A DNA stretch of 64,000 nt from Octopus sinensis (taxonomy: Eukaryota). The position numbers and the translations under genes are program-made. Positions within the stretch are counted from its first letter, which is position 1; each line of letters opens with the position of its first letter. The stretch spans positions 17,298,001 to 17,362,000 of the forward strand of contig NC_042998.1 of NCBI RefSeq assembly GCF_006345805.1, read 5' to 3'. The notes under the pieces are model-generated. The model searched no databases. It was not told where the DNA came from and saw only the letters and a list, made by a program, of their open reading frames with translations. Below are positions 13,867 through 26,058 of this stretch, one piece after another.

Positions 13867-14164
13867 TGTTTCTTTATTAGCCACACAGGGCTGCACACAT
13901 ATAGAACAAATTACAAGGTAGAGCTTTTCTTTTGAAGGTTTAAAAAAAAAAAAGGAAGGGGGAGTTTCGATCAAAAGGGATCGTAAAAGGAGAGAAAGAG
14001 GACAAAAAAAAGGGGGGTTAAAAAAAAGGGGAGAGGAAAAAAAAATTGATCAATAGGGATCGTTATCACAGAAATGTCAATATGAAGTGTAAAGGGGAGG
14101 ACAGGTGAGGTTTACCAGTGGAAAGAAAAGCCTACGGAAAAGACCACGGTAACCTCGGTCAATG
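13867..14164 (-). mobile_element. 298-bp 5'-truncated copy of the 3' end of the Tx1-like LINE at 52132-58184
   Basis: Near-identical to 52132-52436, with the same 3' terminus (AATAAAGAAACA then TATC repeats); (GATA)n on both sides. Confidence 0.9.
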
Positions 14165-14167
14165 AAA

Positions 14168-14184
14168 GATAGATAGATAGATAG

Positions 14185-14266
<82 letters not shown>
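14168..14266. repeat. (GATA)n flank
   Basis: Direct reading. Confidence 0.95.
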
Positions 14267-14267
<1 letters not shown>

Positions 14268-15207
14268 GCCATATACATGCACACATGTATGTACACACAC
14301 ACACACATTTACACAAACATAGAAATAAAGATTTATATATGGCTGTGTAAGAGTGCAAACTTGTGAGAATATGTGTATATATCTAGTTAAGTATTTTCAT
14401 TTTCCCTTGTTTTCGTTTCAAAAAAGTATTCAAATTAAACAATATTCTGGTATTGAAAACAAACTACTAGAGAAGATTATAATATTGATTACACGTTTGT
14501 GTATATATTTTTCAAAATTAATCTATCAATCAATCTTGACATTAAAAAAAAAGGGGCTGATTAAAAATGCATGCGAATACCACACTAAGATGAATATTGT
14601 TAACTACTTGATCGATAGGTATTGCTGTCCAATTTCATTTCAAGTAGTTAAATTTTTGATATATATTTGTAATGTTAGCAAAGTTCTAATAAATATAAGA
14701 ATTCCTTATATATACTCTAAAGTTGTACGATATATTTTCCTACAGCTCTTTCTTTCCCCTACCTTGTTGTTGTTGTTGTTGTTGTTGTTGTTCTTCTTCT
14801 TCTTCTTCTTCTTACAACGTATTAGGGCTAGTCATAGTATTATTAATATTATTAATGCTAAGTCGTTGGGCTGACAGAATCTTTAGCACACTTCGCGGCA
14901 TTTCATCAGCTTTTACTGTCTGGTGTTGATTTGCCTTTTACCCTCCCGGGGTGAATACAACAGTTACCAGAAGAATCTCTCTCCGAAAATGCTGACCTTG
15001 TGTCAAAATTTGAAATCAGTATTATTATTAATGCTGTTGTTGTCGTTATTCTTATGTTGTAGTTCTTGTTGCTGTCAAAATTTATTTTCTCATATTTGTT
15101 CTAATTCTTTACATTCTGAGCTCAAATCTAACCGAAGTTAAGTTTGACTTTTTACAGTGTCGGGTGATGAAATAATGCATCACTAAAGTTATGGAGCTGA
15201 TGTCTTC

Positions 15208-15288
15208 GGATAGTATCTTACTTTGAAATAGTTGGCCTCAAAAGATAGTATCTTACTTTGAAATAGTTGAAATAGTTGGCCTCAAAAG
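15208..15288. repeat. 35-bp tandem duplication with a nested 9-bp duplication (gatagtatcttactttgaaatagttggcctcaaaa)
   Basis: Direct reading. Confidence 0.8.
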
Positions 15289-15351
15289 AATGGGGAGGGG
15301 GCGTTGTGCTGGCCGTCGGGGTCATTATCATCATCATCATCATTATTATTA

Positions 15352-16230
15352 TGGCTCCTTCGTAACAGTGTAGGTAAGTCACATCAAGGACCTCAGACAG
15401 ATAATACTTTCCTTAAGATGTGCGTTGTGCTCAATATGACTGCTTTTTGCAAGGCATCAATCTTGCATTGGATTTCCAGTTGCCTCAAGAAGCTTTGAAG
15501 TTTCAATGGGATTGAGCCCAACGCGCCGATCACCACAGGTATCTCTTTTACATTATCCTTTCGCATTCCATACAGCCTTGCCATTTCCACTTTCAGTTCG
15601 GAGAACTTGGTGATTTTTTCAGCCTCTTTACTCATAACATTCATGTCATTTGGTATGGCTACATCAATGATCTGACAGTATTTGTCTCCCTTATTCAATA
15701 TGATAATATCGGGCCGATGGTGTTCGATTAGACGATCCGTCTGAAAATCATACTCACAGAGTATCGTTACTTTTCCATCCTCCTGCATAATTTTACTTGG
15801 TACATGCTCATACCAGTTCTCTGTTACTTCATATTGGTATTTACGGAATAAGAACCATTGAAGATACGCACAAATTTTATCGTGGCGGCGCTTGTATTCT
15901 TTTTATGCAAGGTTCTAAAATCTACCTAATAAGACGGTCACATTTACCACACTCTTTCTACAGAGTCTGCATTTCTGGGTGTCAGAAGCTTTATAGATGT
16001 TATACTTCACTGAATTGGTAGCGGGAGCTTGGTCTTGTGCAGCAATGATCGGGCTTTTGGTGGTACGCTTCAAATCACCTCGCTCAAGCCATGCCCATGA
16101 TGCGGTATTATACTTAACGTCTTGTGTATTCCTTTCAAACTATCCATGCATTCTCATTTCAAGATCTTCTTTTACCTTCTCCTCAGTTGTTTGGTTAACC
16201 TCTTCGTTGCCCATTATTTCATCTGCATTT
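15352..16230 (-). mobile_element. 5'-truncated R4/Dong-like (RLE) non-LTR retrotransposon: RT thumb end, zinc knuckle, PD-(D/E)xK endonuclease, short 3'UTR
   Basis: ORF 15393-15788 has RPDIIIL..IIDVAIP.D....KE.EKI.K..EL..E..RL..IPVVIGALG. Upstream in frame are IIAAQDQA and CRLC..RHD. (TAA)n on both sides on the element strand. Confidence 0.9.
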
Positions 16231-16251
16231 ATTATTATTATTATTATTATA

Positions 16252-16311
<60 letters not shown>

Positions 16312-16365
16312 ATAATAAGTATTATTATTATCATCATGATCATCATGATCATCATCATCATCAAT
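16231..16365. repeat. (ATT)n then (CAT)n microsatellite
   Basis: Direct reading. Confidence 0.95.
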
Positions 16366-16584
16366 AATATTAATACGCCAACTTTTTCTTTTTGTACTGT
16401 GGTGTTTGGCACGCTTCAAAGGAAGAAGTGAGTGGAAAAGCGAGAGAGGAAGACAGGGATGAAGTATGAGAGAAAGAAAGAGAGTGAGATAGAAAGAGTG
16501 AAAAATAGAGTGATGGAGAGAGAAAGAGATAGTGAGTGGTGACTGTTTGTTATGTGTTTTCAAATGTTTATTACATCGCAAGAA

Positions 16585-16765
16585 AAGTAGATACATAAAC
16601 CGAAAGAAAAGTTGATACAGAGATACATACACACATTGTTAAATTAAAATCGGGAGAGAGGTGGACGCAGAGGAAGTGAGAGGGAAAGAGTGAATGTGAG
16701 AGAGAGAGTAGATACATAGATCGAAGGAAAAGTTGATACGCAGATATATACACACATTGTTAAAT
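16585..16765. repeat. ~60-bp direct repeat spaced ~122 bp (gtagatacata..aaaagttgatac..acacacattgttaaat)
   Basis: Two copies near 16586 and 16708. Confidence 0.7.
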
Positions 16766-16879
16766 CAAAGACAAATAACTACAGCAAATATTGGATGCCT
16801 CTTTCACTTTTTATTACCGCATGTAGATAAAATTAACTTGCAAGTGGTTGAGTTCTCCACAGACATGTATATTATAAAC

Positions 16880-17210
16880 ATAGTTCCCAGAGAGATTCAG
16901 CGTCAAACAGAATATGACAAGGCTGGCCCCTTGAATTACAGCTACAAATTATTTTGGTCAGCTGAGCAGACTGAAACAAAATATACATTGAAGTGGTTGG
17001 AAGAAAAGGAAAAAAGATCCTATATAAGAGCAGGAAAATCTTTCTCGTCGTTAGGGCCACAGTAGGTGCTAATTTGTTCCTAACAGCAGCATATGTGGGT
17101 CTCACAGATCTGGTGGCCAATCCCCCAGATAAACACCGATGCATAGGCTGTTATTACCAAACTGAGATTACAAGGCGGAATGGCAACTATTTCACTGCTT
17201 CTACTAAACA
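16880..17210 (+). pseudogene. Decayed LINE APE-endonuclease fragment (RTE-like)
   Basis: Frameshifted reading YKLFWSAEQ..KWLEEK..LVVRATVG..AYVG..EI..NGN.F resembles the RTE EN stretch YKLFWSG..V.AYAP..GDFN; recognised by eye only. Confidence 0.45.
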
Positions 17211-17275
17211 CCTGACATTTTTATATATATTATGTCTGTATGTTTGTGTCCAAATACCACCACCACCACCATTGT

Positions 17276-17459
17276 TTGACAACCGATGTTGATGTGTTTC
17301 CGTACCCGTAACATAGCTGTTCAGCAGAGGAGACTGATAGAATAAGCACCAGGTTTGGCTTACAGGGAATAGATCCAGGGGTCGATTTCTACGACGACAT
17401 GGCGGTGCTCCAGCATTGCCACTGTCAAATGACTGAAGCAATTAAAAGAATAAAAGAAT
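17276..17459 (+). mobile_element. SINE 3' body (family of 36890 and 45008)
   Basis: gatagaataag..ggggtcgatt..ggcggtgctccagcat..gtcaaatgactgaa..aaaagaataaaaga shared with 45240-45410. Confidence 0.8.
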
Positions 17460-17519
17460 CCCAGAGGAACATTCCGTGCCACTAAACCAAGAAGGTTTTT
17501 GAACCTGTTCAACGTATTT

Positions 17520-17630
17520 TAAGGCTATATAGTAATTCTATTAGTATTCTATTAGTATATAGTAATTCTATTAGTATAAGGCTATATAGTAATTCTATTA
17601 GTAATTCTATTAAGGCTATATAGTAATTCT
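17520..17630. repeat. Modular minisatellite built from aaggc / tatatag / taattctattag blocks
   Basis: Direct reading. Confidence 0.75.
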
Positions 17631-17829
17631 GTTTACGTTTGCGCAGCTGAAATATTTTCGTTAGGTTATATAGTTAACGATTTTACGTACCTTTCTATAT
17701 TCTGTAAGTGTCACAATATACAAACATTTCTCATGGCACCAGCACATAATTTACATATATTTACATCTTTTAGATTTTTCGTGAATTTGTCAAGGGTTCA
17801 GCTAGATTTCTTTGTTATTATTATTTCGT

Positions 17830-17990
17830 CCGCCGCTACGTACTGAGTTCAAATTCTACCTATGTCAACTTTGCTTTTCATCCGGTTGGGGTTGATGAAA
17901 TAAGTATCACTTTCACACTGGGGCCATTGTAATCGACTTAACCCCTTCCACCAGACTTGTTGCCCTGTGCTTGTAGTAAAACGAATGATT
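17830..17990 (+). mobile_element. Decayed tRNA-derived SINE ending in (ATT)n
   Basis: ctgagttcaaattc..tcaactttgcttttcatcc..ggggttgatgaaataagta core. Confidence 0.75.
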
Positions 17991-18009
17991 ATTAATATTA
18001 TTATTATTA

Positions 18010-18546
<537 letters not shown>

Positions 18547-19615
18547 CATTGCCTCTGCACAGTTTCTAATGCTTGAGATGTACTATGGTGTCAGCCGTTC
18601 ACTACCAGTGAACTAAGGTAACACCTCTTAATTTTCGAGCACCTTCTGGAGTATTCCAGCGGTTCCTAGCAGTGATGGTGTCTACAAGTGCTCCGCCCTT
18701 ATTGCAGCCCCTATTTGTCTCACGTACTACTCGGGATTTTTATTCAATGTTCCCAGGGCTCCGACCATTATTGGTACTACTGCTAACTTTTTCATCGATC
18801 ACAAAAATCTAAATTTCCACGCTAGCCTGTCATATCTCTCGAATTTTCTTTCTTCCTTGTGGCATACCTTGTTGTCAGCTGGGCATGTTATATCTATGAT
18901 CCAGCTTAGTTTGTTTTCTTTCTCAATTAATACTATGGCTAGCTTCCCATTTTCTATCTCATGGTCATACTGAATCATAAAATTCCATACGATCTATGCA
19001 TTTCTATTTTCGACGATGCCTTCAGGTTTGTGGTCGTACCAATATTTTACGCTGTCAAGTCCATACTTGGTGCAAAGTGTATATTCCTTCTGGGCTAATG
19101 GCGTTCATTGGCTAGTAATTTGCCATAGGGTTTCGCCGTTTTGTCCACAGATTCTGCACTTATCACTTTCTGCTGTGTTGTCTATTCTGTATTCTATGTA
19201 GTTTGCTCTTAGTGCTTGCTCTTGGGCAGCACAGATTGGAGCCTCCGTTTCCGGTTTTAAATCACTTTTAGTCATCCACAGCCATCTTTTTTTCTCTGTC
19301 TATCTTTTCTTCAACATCACTATAAAATTGTCCATGCATTCTTTTCTTTAGCCACCTATTTTCAGTTTCATTCGTTTTCAGTTTCTTGCATCTTTGAAAT
19401 CTTTCATCCTACAGAAGCCTGACCTTCTTACGTCTAATAATAGCGTTTCTGTGGCATTTTTTATATACCATACTATATTGCTTTCTGTTGCTCTAATGCT
19501 GTGTTCGCATCCAATAAGTCCTGTTCTCCCTCTTTTTCTTGGTAGTAGCTATTCGCATGCTCAGCAAATTATTATGATTTTAGGCTCCAGTCTCAGGAGT
19601 ATATATACAGTGTAA
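18547..19615 (-). mobile_element. Older, stop-riddled R4/Dong-like LINE 3' portion
   Basis: Reverse strand gives CRICGQNGET (zinc knuckle), WYDHKPEGIVEN and IPIMVGALG; the 3'UTR ends at (TAA)n and is homologous to 60691-60757. Confidence 0.8.
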
Positions 19616-22107
19616 TTCGTTTTTCAATATTGTATTAAAGCAATTTAAGTGTTCTTTGGGATTAAAAAAATATTTTTAATCAGGAACATGTATGTTAACC
19701 TTAAAAACGATTAATTTTCTAATTCTTATTCCAAGCAAAGTTACCCTTTATGGTTTATTTAAATAATGTAAAATAAAGAAATTATTATTGTTTTTACTAC
19801 CTTTCATATTACACCATGTAAATGATTTGGTCCAAGAATACTGTATTGTAAAAATGTGTTCTTTTACTCAACAGAATGTTTCGTAATATTTAATCATTGT
19901 CCAATTACGTACTGTAAAAAAAAAGGACATGTCTTAGTCATTTTTATTGTGTGCATATAATTTTACAAAACATCTAGTTTATTTTGCTTATTGGACGTTT
20001 TGACATCGTTGACAGTATAACTGATTTAGGTGTTCGCAACAGTCAATGTGGCTCCTCTTTCAAGCTTTTGTAATCACAGTATTTTTTCAAGGAAAAGAAA
20101 AAAGAAAATTGAAAAATTAAGCAAACACAAATCCAAAAACGCAATCTGATAAGTACATACAAAACAAAAGTGAAAATACACATTACAAAGACGGCAAAAA
20201 CAATATCAATTGTAGCATAAGAAAAAATAAGGCTGATCCCTTGCGAACGATTGGAACTGAAAAATATCTATAAACATTAGTGAAATCCAAATAAATTGGG
20301 GAGGAAAGAGTTGAAAATATATACACGAGGGTGTCTCTCTTTTCGAAAGAATGTTTCCAAAGGGAGGATTGAAACAAAATCTTCAAGAATTACCCGGACA
20401 AATAGCTGGGGGATGACTAATATGATATATGGAACGATGTAGGATCCCTCAATAGGAATAGATAATATGAGAAGTGTTTCTAGGTCACTTATAAATGGTG
20501 ACCGGATTTACCCTTGAGTCAATCGGAGAAAAGACATCGATAATTATTTCGCTTAGTCGTATTTTGTTCTCTTTAAAAGATTTATACCTTTAGTAGTTAA
20601 ACAAACACCTTTTGTCTCCAAAACTACAGAATGTTTAATTGGAAGAAATCAGTTAGAGTTTATTATATTTGTTTTAATATTATGCGTTGGAATTAGATTC
20701 CTTAATATATTAAGTTTCAAATTATAAACAGAATCACATGCGTTAATGTTGTATTTCTTAAATTGTAACTTATGTATTATCACACTTAACATTTCCCCCC
20801 TGTTGTTCTATTAATTGAGCTAACTTCCTGAATGTAAAACACAAAAGGATTGTCCGCTTAATCTAGTAACCAAATTAGCAATGAAGTATCTGCTAGAGTT
20901 AACAAGATAAGTTATTCTCTTTTTTCGAGAATTAGGAACCATTTTGGTGCTTCCATTAGCTAGAATTAGAATCTCAATTAGCAATTTTTATCTGTTGGAA
21001 TGTGCTGCAAAATTAGTTGCTTACTCTCGTAGAAATTGCAACCAAATTAGTTGCTAGAATTAACTATCAAATTATCTGTTCCATCTGCTAGAATAATCAA
21101 AGATATTCCATTCATATAAAACACGAGAAATAAGATTTTGTTATTCTATGTCTAGATGTGTTACAGGAAAAAATAAAATTGGGATTGTTGCGATGGAACA
21201 ACAATAACAAGAAATTTCTAACTGCTTATTCCTATTACTCCATGATTACATCAGCTATTATTCCTAACTGCTGTTTCTATCCCATTATTATCGTCAGATC
21301 TTATCATTTTCATTTTTATCGTAGCTCATTTTGAAATGCTATATTTTCTTCTAATGTCTTCAGCACTGACATTGATAGACTGAAAGTGAGAGATAATTTG
21401 CTTTTCATCCTTAGAAAAGTGAGGAACAGCAGATGCTTAAGATCATTATTCTGTTTTGAAAGTTAATATACACTTTCAATCTTCTCTATTCTTCTGTATA
21501 ATGCAATTACTATAAGAAGGCAAAGCAGTTGGATAACGTCTTATACATCACTTAATTGATGTATATCAATGATATTTCCCACTTGCGTATAAATTGGTTC
21601 TCAAATATGACATTTGTTATTGTATTAGTTGAATCAAATTGTTGGCAATACCAAATATTTATGAGTTTCACTGAACATTGAAGTCATGTTCCACATCGTA
21701 ATCTTTCTTGAAATTAATCCAACTAGTCACATATTCATCAATTAAATAATTATAAGACGCTATGCGCATGATGAATACTACTTTGATGAGAGAGAGCATG
21801 TTCAATGCGCAGAACATTAAAACCGTAACATAGGATATATATATACATTGAGGGAAACATAATACTAGACGACGCTTAATATTATATTTTTCAGGTGCCC
21901 GTCAAGTATGGGAGACCAGTTCAGACATAGTTCTACTTGCTTAAGTTTCGTCAGTAGACAAAGTGTCTCGACTCTGTATCATACAAAAGGCGTAACGAAC
22001 AATGAATCATTTAAGACATATATAGCGAAATATATGTCGGATAAAATATGTTTAATAGGTGAACGATTAAATGGAATGTTGCGTTAAAAAGAATAGACAC
22101 CGTCCAC

Positions 22108-22142
<35 letters not shown>

Positions 22143-22147
22143 TAATC

Positions 22148-22217
<70 letters not shown>

Positions 22218-22230
22218 TAATAATAATGAC

Positions 22231-22280
<50 letters not shown>

Positions 22281-22308
22281 CAATAATAATAATAATAATA
22301 ATAATAAT

Positions 22309-22344
<36 letters not shown>

Positions 22345-22358
22345 TATTATTATTATTA

Positions 22359-22400
<42 letters not shown>
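22108..22400. repeat. Compound (AAT)n-(CAT)n-(ATT)n microsatellite, self-complementary arrangement
   Basis: Direct reading. Confidence 0.95.
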
Positions 22401-22403
<3 letters not shown>

Positions 22404-23275
22404 CCGTGAGAGCGATAAAACACTGCTCTGAAATCTATCCAAAAACATCGGGAATAAAGACATCCCATGGAGCCAAAAATAACTGACAAAGTGTTGGACT
22501 ATATCCGAGTAAGTAACACTCATTGAAATATATCTCTAGTTCCTAAAGGAAATGATGTATATTAACCGTATATCATCTCCATTGTTCGCATAGCTCATGT
22601 AAACATGCTCTCCACATTACAATCCAATTCACGCCAGAACATCTCTGTCCCCAAATACCATGCACAAAAAAATTCTACATGCATTAAATAATACCGTTAT
22701 TATTCAACCCAAGAAAAACAATCGTACTTTAAATTTGTTACACAAAAAGTACGAAAAACTACACGGAACGGTGCCCTACGAAGATGATGACCATCAAAGT
22801 AAAGGGCCGGGCGTTATTCTTCATGTCCCGCAAATAAAATTTAAAAAAGCATAAATGGACACATGAAGAATATATTTCAATCCTACACCCTTATTTTACA
22901 GCTGCGCTCTACCCAAAGAACGAAAACACAACAACATATACATATAAAATCTGAAAGAAAAATATCGTAGATAAAGACTTGGATACAGCAATGAATCATC
23001 ATAAACTAGCTAACATACGAAGATATATTCTCAAAACAAAACAAATATTAGAAATAGAAACACAACACTTAAAAGGAAAGATACATCAGAAAAATCTAGA
23101 TAGTAAGCACACAGCAATGCCAAATAATAAGCACTGGAACTGTAAAATACAGTGACAGGTAAATTTAAATTTACCAAAAAAAACGAAGTAAACAAAGAGA
23201 CAACGAACCCAGACCGTAGGACTGTATGATGATGAGCAAAAGGCACCAAACCAGAACACCACAGACGAATATATA
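22401..23275 (+). mobile_element. Probable 5' portion of an R4/Dong-like LINE (N-terminal Myb-like domain), truncated by the downstream repeat
   Basis: 22848-23100 reads KHKWTHEEYISILHPYFTAALYPK..KLANIRRYILK, matching from memory the KWTxEE...LAxQRRxI N-terminus of R4-clade ORFs. Confidence 0.5.
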
Positions 23276-23276
23276 T

Positions 23277-23727
23277 ATGTGAAATCCTTAAAAAATATAC
23301 CACGACGTCTACACATTTCTCACCTTGAACTTTCAACCTTGAACTTGTTCGCATAAACTGTCCCGTTTGTTGTATTTTTATTTTCTCTTATATTACCACT
23401 TTTTTTACATTCATTTCATGTCCCTCAACCCTTTTATCAACCCTATTATCTCCCCTTATTTCGCTCTCGCGTCTCATGTTTGATCTTTGACCTCTGGCCG
23501 AAATCAGATCGCCATGTTGATTCGTTAGCTACTGCACGCATTTTTTTTCTCTCCTTGTTTCTTTCTGTGTTTCTTTTCTGTGTTTCTTTCTGTTGAAGAG
23601 CGTAGGCTCGAAACGTTAAAGACTTGTTTTATTTATATTTCCTGAGTGCCATACTAATACAATTGTTCGTTTGTTTTCCACCTGCCTTCGTCTTTTGTTT
23701 ATTTTCATAAAGCTTCCCGTTATATAT
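23277..23727 (+). mobile_element. Penelope-like 3'-end repeat, copy 1 (pseudo-LTR-like)
   Basis: 451 bp, nearly identical to 23871-24321; contains a hammerhead-like motif; ends in cccgtTATATA. Confidence 0.65.
23585..23622 (+). ncRNA. Minimal type I hammerhead ribozyme-like motif (variant core)
   Basis: TCTTT-CTGTTGA-A-GAGC(GTAG)GCTC-GAAAC-GTT-AAAGA: stem I, core, stem II, palindromic AACGTT stem III. Confidence 0.6.
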
Positions 23728-23870
23728 TATGCGCTCACGTGGTCTCACATTCATCCTATATTCTACCAATACCACTATCAACACTTACCTCTACCTTGGA
23801 TTTTCTTTACCTCTTGGATACTTACCATTGGCTGCACCTCTATTTCGCGGATCAAAGTGACTTTGCATTG

Positions 23871-24314
23871 ATGTGAAATCCTTAAAAAATATACCACGAC
23901 GTCTACACATTTCTCACCTTGAACTTTCAACCTTGAACTTGTTCGCATAAACTGTCCCGTTTGTTGTATTTTTATTTTCTCTTATATTACCACTTTTTTT
24001 ACATTCATTTCATGTCCCTCAACCCTTTTATCAACCCTATTATCTCCCCTTATTTCGCTCTCGCGTCTCATGTTTGATCTTTGACCTCTGGCCGAAATCA
24101 GATCGCCATGTTGATTCGTTAGCTACTGCACGCATTTTTTTTCTCTCCTTGTTTCTTTCTGTGTTTCTTTTCTGTGTATCTTTCTGTTGAAGAGCGTAGG
24201 CTCGAAACGTTAAAGACTTGTTTTATTTATATTTCCTGAGCGCCATACTAATACAATTGTTCGTTTGTTTTCCACCTGCCTTCGTCTTTTGTTTATTTTC
24301 ATAAAGCTTCCCGT

Positions 24315-24321
<7 letters not shown>
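23871..24321 (+). mobile_element. Penelope-like 3'-end repeat, copy 2 (extends upstream through spacer 23728-23870)
   Basis: Offset 594 bp from copy 1; only 2 differences seen; followed by (TA)n. Confidence 0.65.
24179..24216 (+). ncRNA. Minimal hammerhead-like motif, copy 2
   Basis: Identical to 23585-23622. Confidence 0.6.
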
Positions 24322-24392
<71 letters not shown>

Positions 24393-24431
24393 TATATATA
24401 TATGTGTGTGTGAAGGCGCGTGGCTCAGTGG

Positions 24432-24470
<39 letters not shown>

Positions 24471-24474
<4 letters not shown>

Positions 24475-25662
24475 GGCTTAGTAAAATAAATTACTTTGCC
24501 GCATACTGAACTCATTAGAAATAGCAGCTAAAAAACTTTTTTAAAGCTATTTCTAATACTTAAAGAAAATCTCTCTCATATATAGTGTTTGCTTAATTCA
24601 ACTCACAAAAGTTTGGGGGTAAGGACATCGAAAAATCAAATGCTAAGGTTATTTGAGAACGTACGTTTCAAGATTAGTCAAAAACAACACTTCTATCATC
24701 AGCTCAGAAATTCCTTGGTTTGGATTTGGAAACACTGAAAATAAGAACATACCCTTTCGAAGATCTGCTCGTAACTAACATTATCAACAAATTCAAATAA
24801 GCAAGCGACGAATCTCTGTTCTCCCCTTTCCACCAGCGTGGGTTAAAAACATCAAACACTATGCTTATTTCGGTAAAATCCGAAGCATTAATCAGAGGGA
24901 GATTAATTATAATTTCAACAATTGAGGGCAAAATTAATTAATTATTAATCAATTTCACCAAGTGTTCAGTATGCAAAGGGACCATTCAAGGCGAATTCAA
25001 ATTATTACATTATATAAAAGGGCTTAGTAAAATAAATTACTTTGCCGCATACTGAACTCAATAGAAATAGCAGCTAAAAAACTTTTTTAAAGCTATTTCT
25101 AATACTTAAAGAAAATCTCTCTCATATATAGTGTTTGCTTAATTCAACTCACAAAAGTTTGGGGGTAAGGACATCGAAAAATCAAATGCTAAGGTTATTT
25201 GAGAACGTACGTTTCAAGATTCTTCGCTTGCTTATTTGAATTTGTTGATACTGTTAGTTACGAGCAGATCTTCGAAAGGGTATGTTCTTATTTTCAGTGT
25301 TTCCAAATCCAAACCAAGGAATTTCTGAGCTGATGATAGAAGTGTTGTTTTTGACTAATCTTGAAACGTACGTTCTCAAATAACCTTAGCATTTGATTTT
25401 TCGATGTCCTTACCCCCAAACTTTTGTGAGTTGAATTAAGCAAACACTATATATGAGAGAGATTTTTTTTAAGTATTAGAAATAGCTTTAAAAAAGTTTT
25501 TTAGCTGCTATTTCTAATGAGTTCAGTATGCGGCAAAGTAATTTATTTTACTAAGCCCTTTTATATAATGTAATAATTTGAATTCGCCTTGAATGGTCCC
25601 TTTGCATACTGAACACTTGGTGAAATTGATTAATAATTAATTAATTTTGCCCTCAATTGTTG

Positions 25663-25670
<8 letters not shown>
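24471..25670. repeat. Complex fold-back repeat A-B-C-D-A-B'-A'-D'
   Basis: A 24471-24674 = 25017-25220; B 24675-24814 inverted at 25218-25357; A' 25358-25562; D 24908-25016 inverted at 25563-25670; near-identical copies. Confidence 0.9.
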
Positions 25671-25753
<83 letters not shown>

Positions 25754-25773
25754 AAGGCGCGTGGCTCAGTGGT

Positions 25774-25808
<35 letters not shown>

Positions 25809-25814
25809 TGCATT

Positions 25815-26015
25815 CAAAATATGACCGCGTGTGTACCGTTGGCGATTTTTTTCCTCTGTCTTCCCTTCTCTGGATCTTTCCTTCTCCTATGTTTCCGACG
25901 AAGAGCTCCGCTCGAAACTTTAAACCCTCCTTCTTTCCTTCTTTCCTGAGCGTCCAATAATACTATATTAGTTCCACGTCCACGCGTTGTGTTTTTTGTG
26001 CTTTCATGTTTGGAT

Positions 26016-26020
<5 letters not shown>
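25815..26020 (+). mobile_element. ~205-bp (TA)n-tailed Penelope-like non-autonomous repeat, family 2
   Basis: Near-identical to 59945-60155 with the same start and end; contains GTTT-CCGACGA-A-GAGC(TCC)GCTC-GAAAC-TTT-AAAC at 25891-25925. Confidence 0.7.

Positions 26021-26058
<38 letters not shown>

Noticed and set aside
17520-17630. CRISPR-like repeat-spacer array
   Set aside because: No unique spacers, eukaryotic context and no cas genes; a simple modular minisatellite.
20860-21110. Recurrent aattag / ctgctaga / aaccaaattag motifs
   Set aside because: No consistent period; at most a very old minisatellite.
21361-21382. 22-nt plus-strand micro-exon candidate (cag|...|gtgaga)
   Set aside because: Such signals arise by chance in AT-rich DNA; no supporting partner exons.
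24410-24433. tRNA-like GGCGCGTGGCTCAGTGG as a tRNA gene
   Set aside because: Only the A-box stub is present, with no cloverleaf; it is a SINE head fragment. The other tRNA-like heads are followed by SINE bodies, so no tRNA genes are called.
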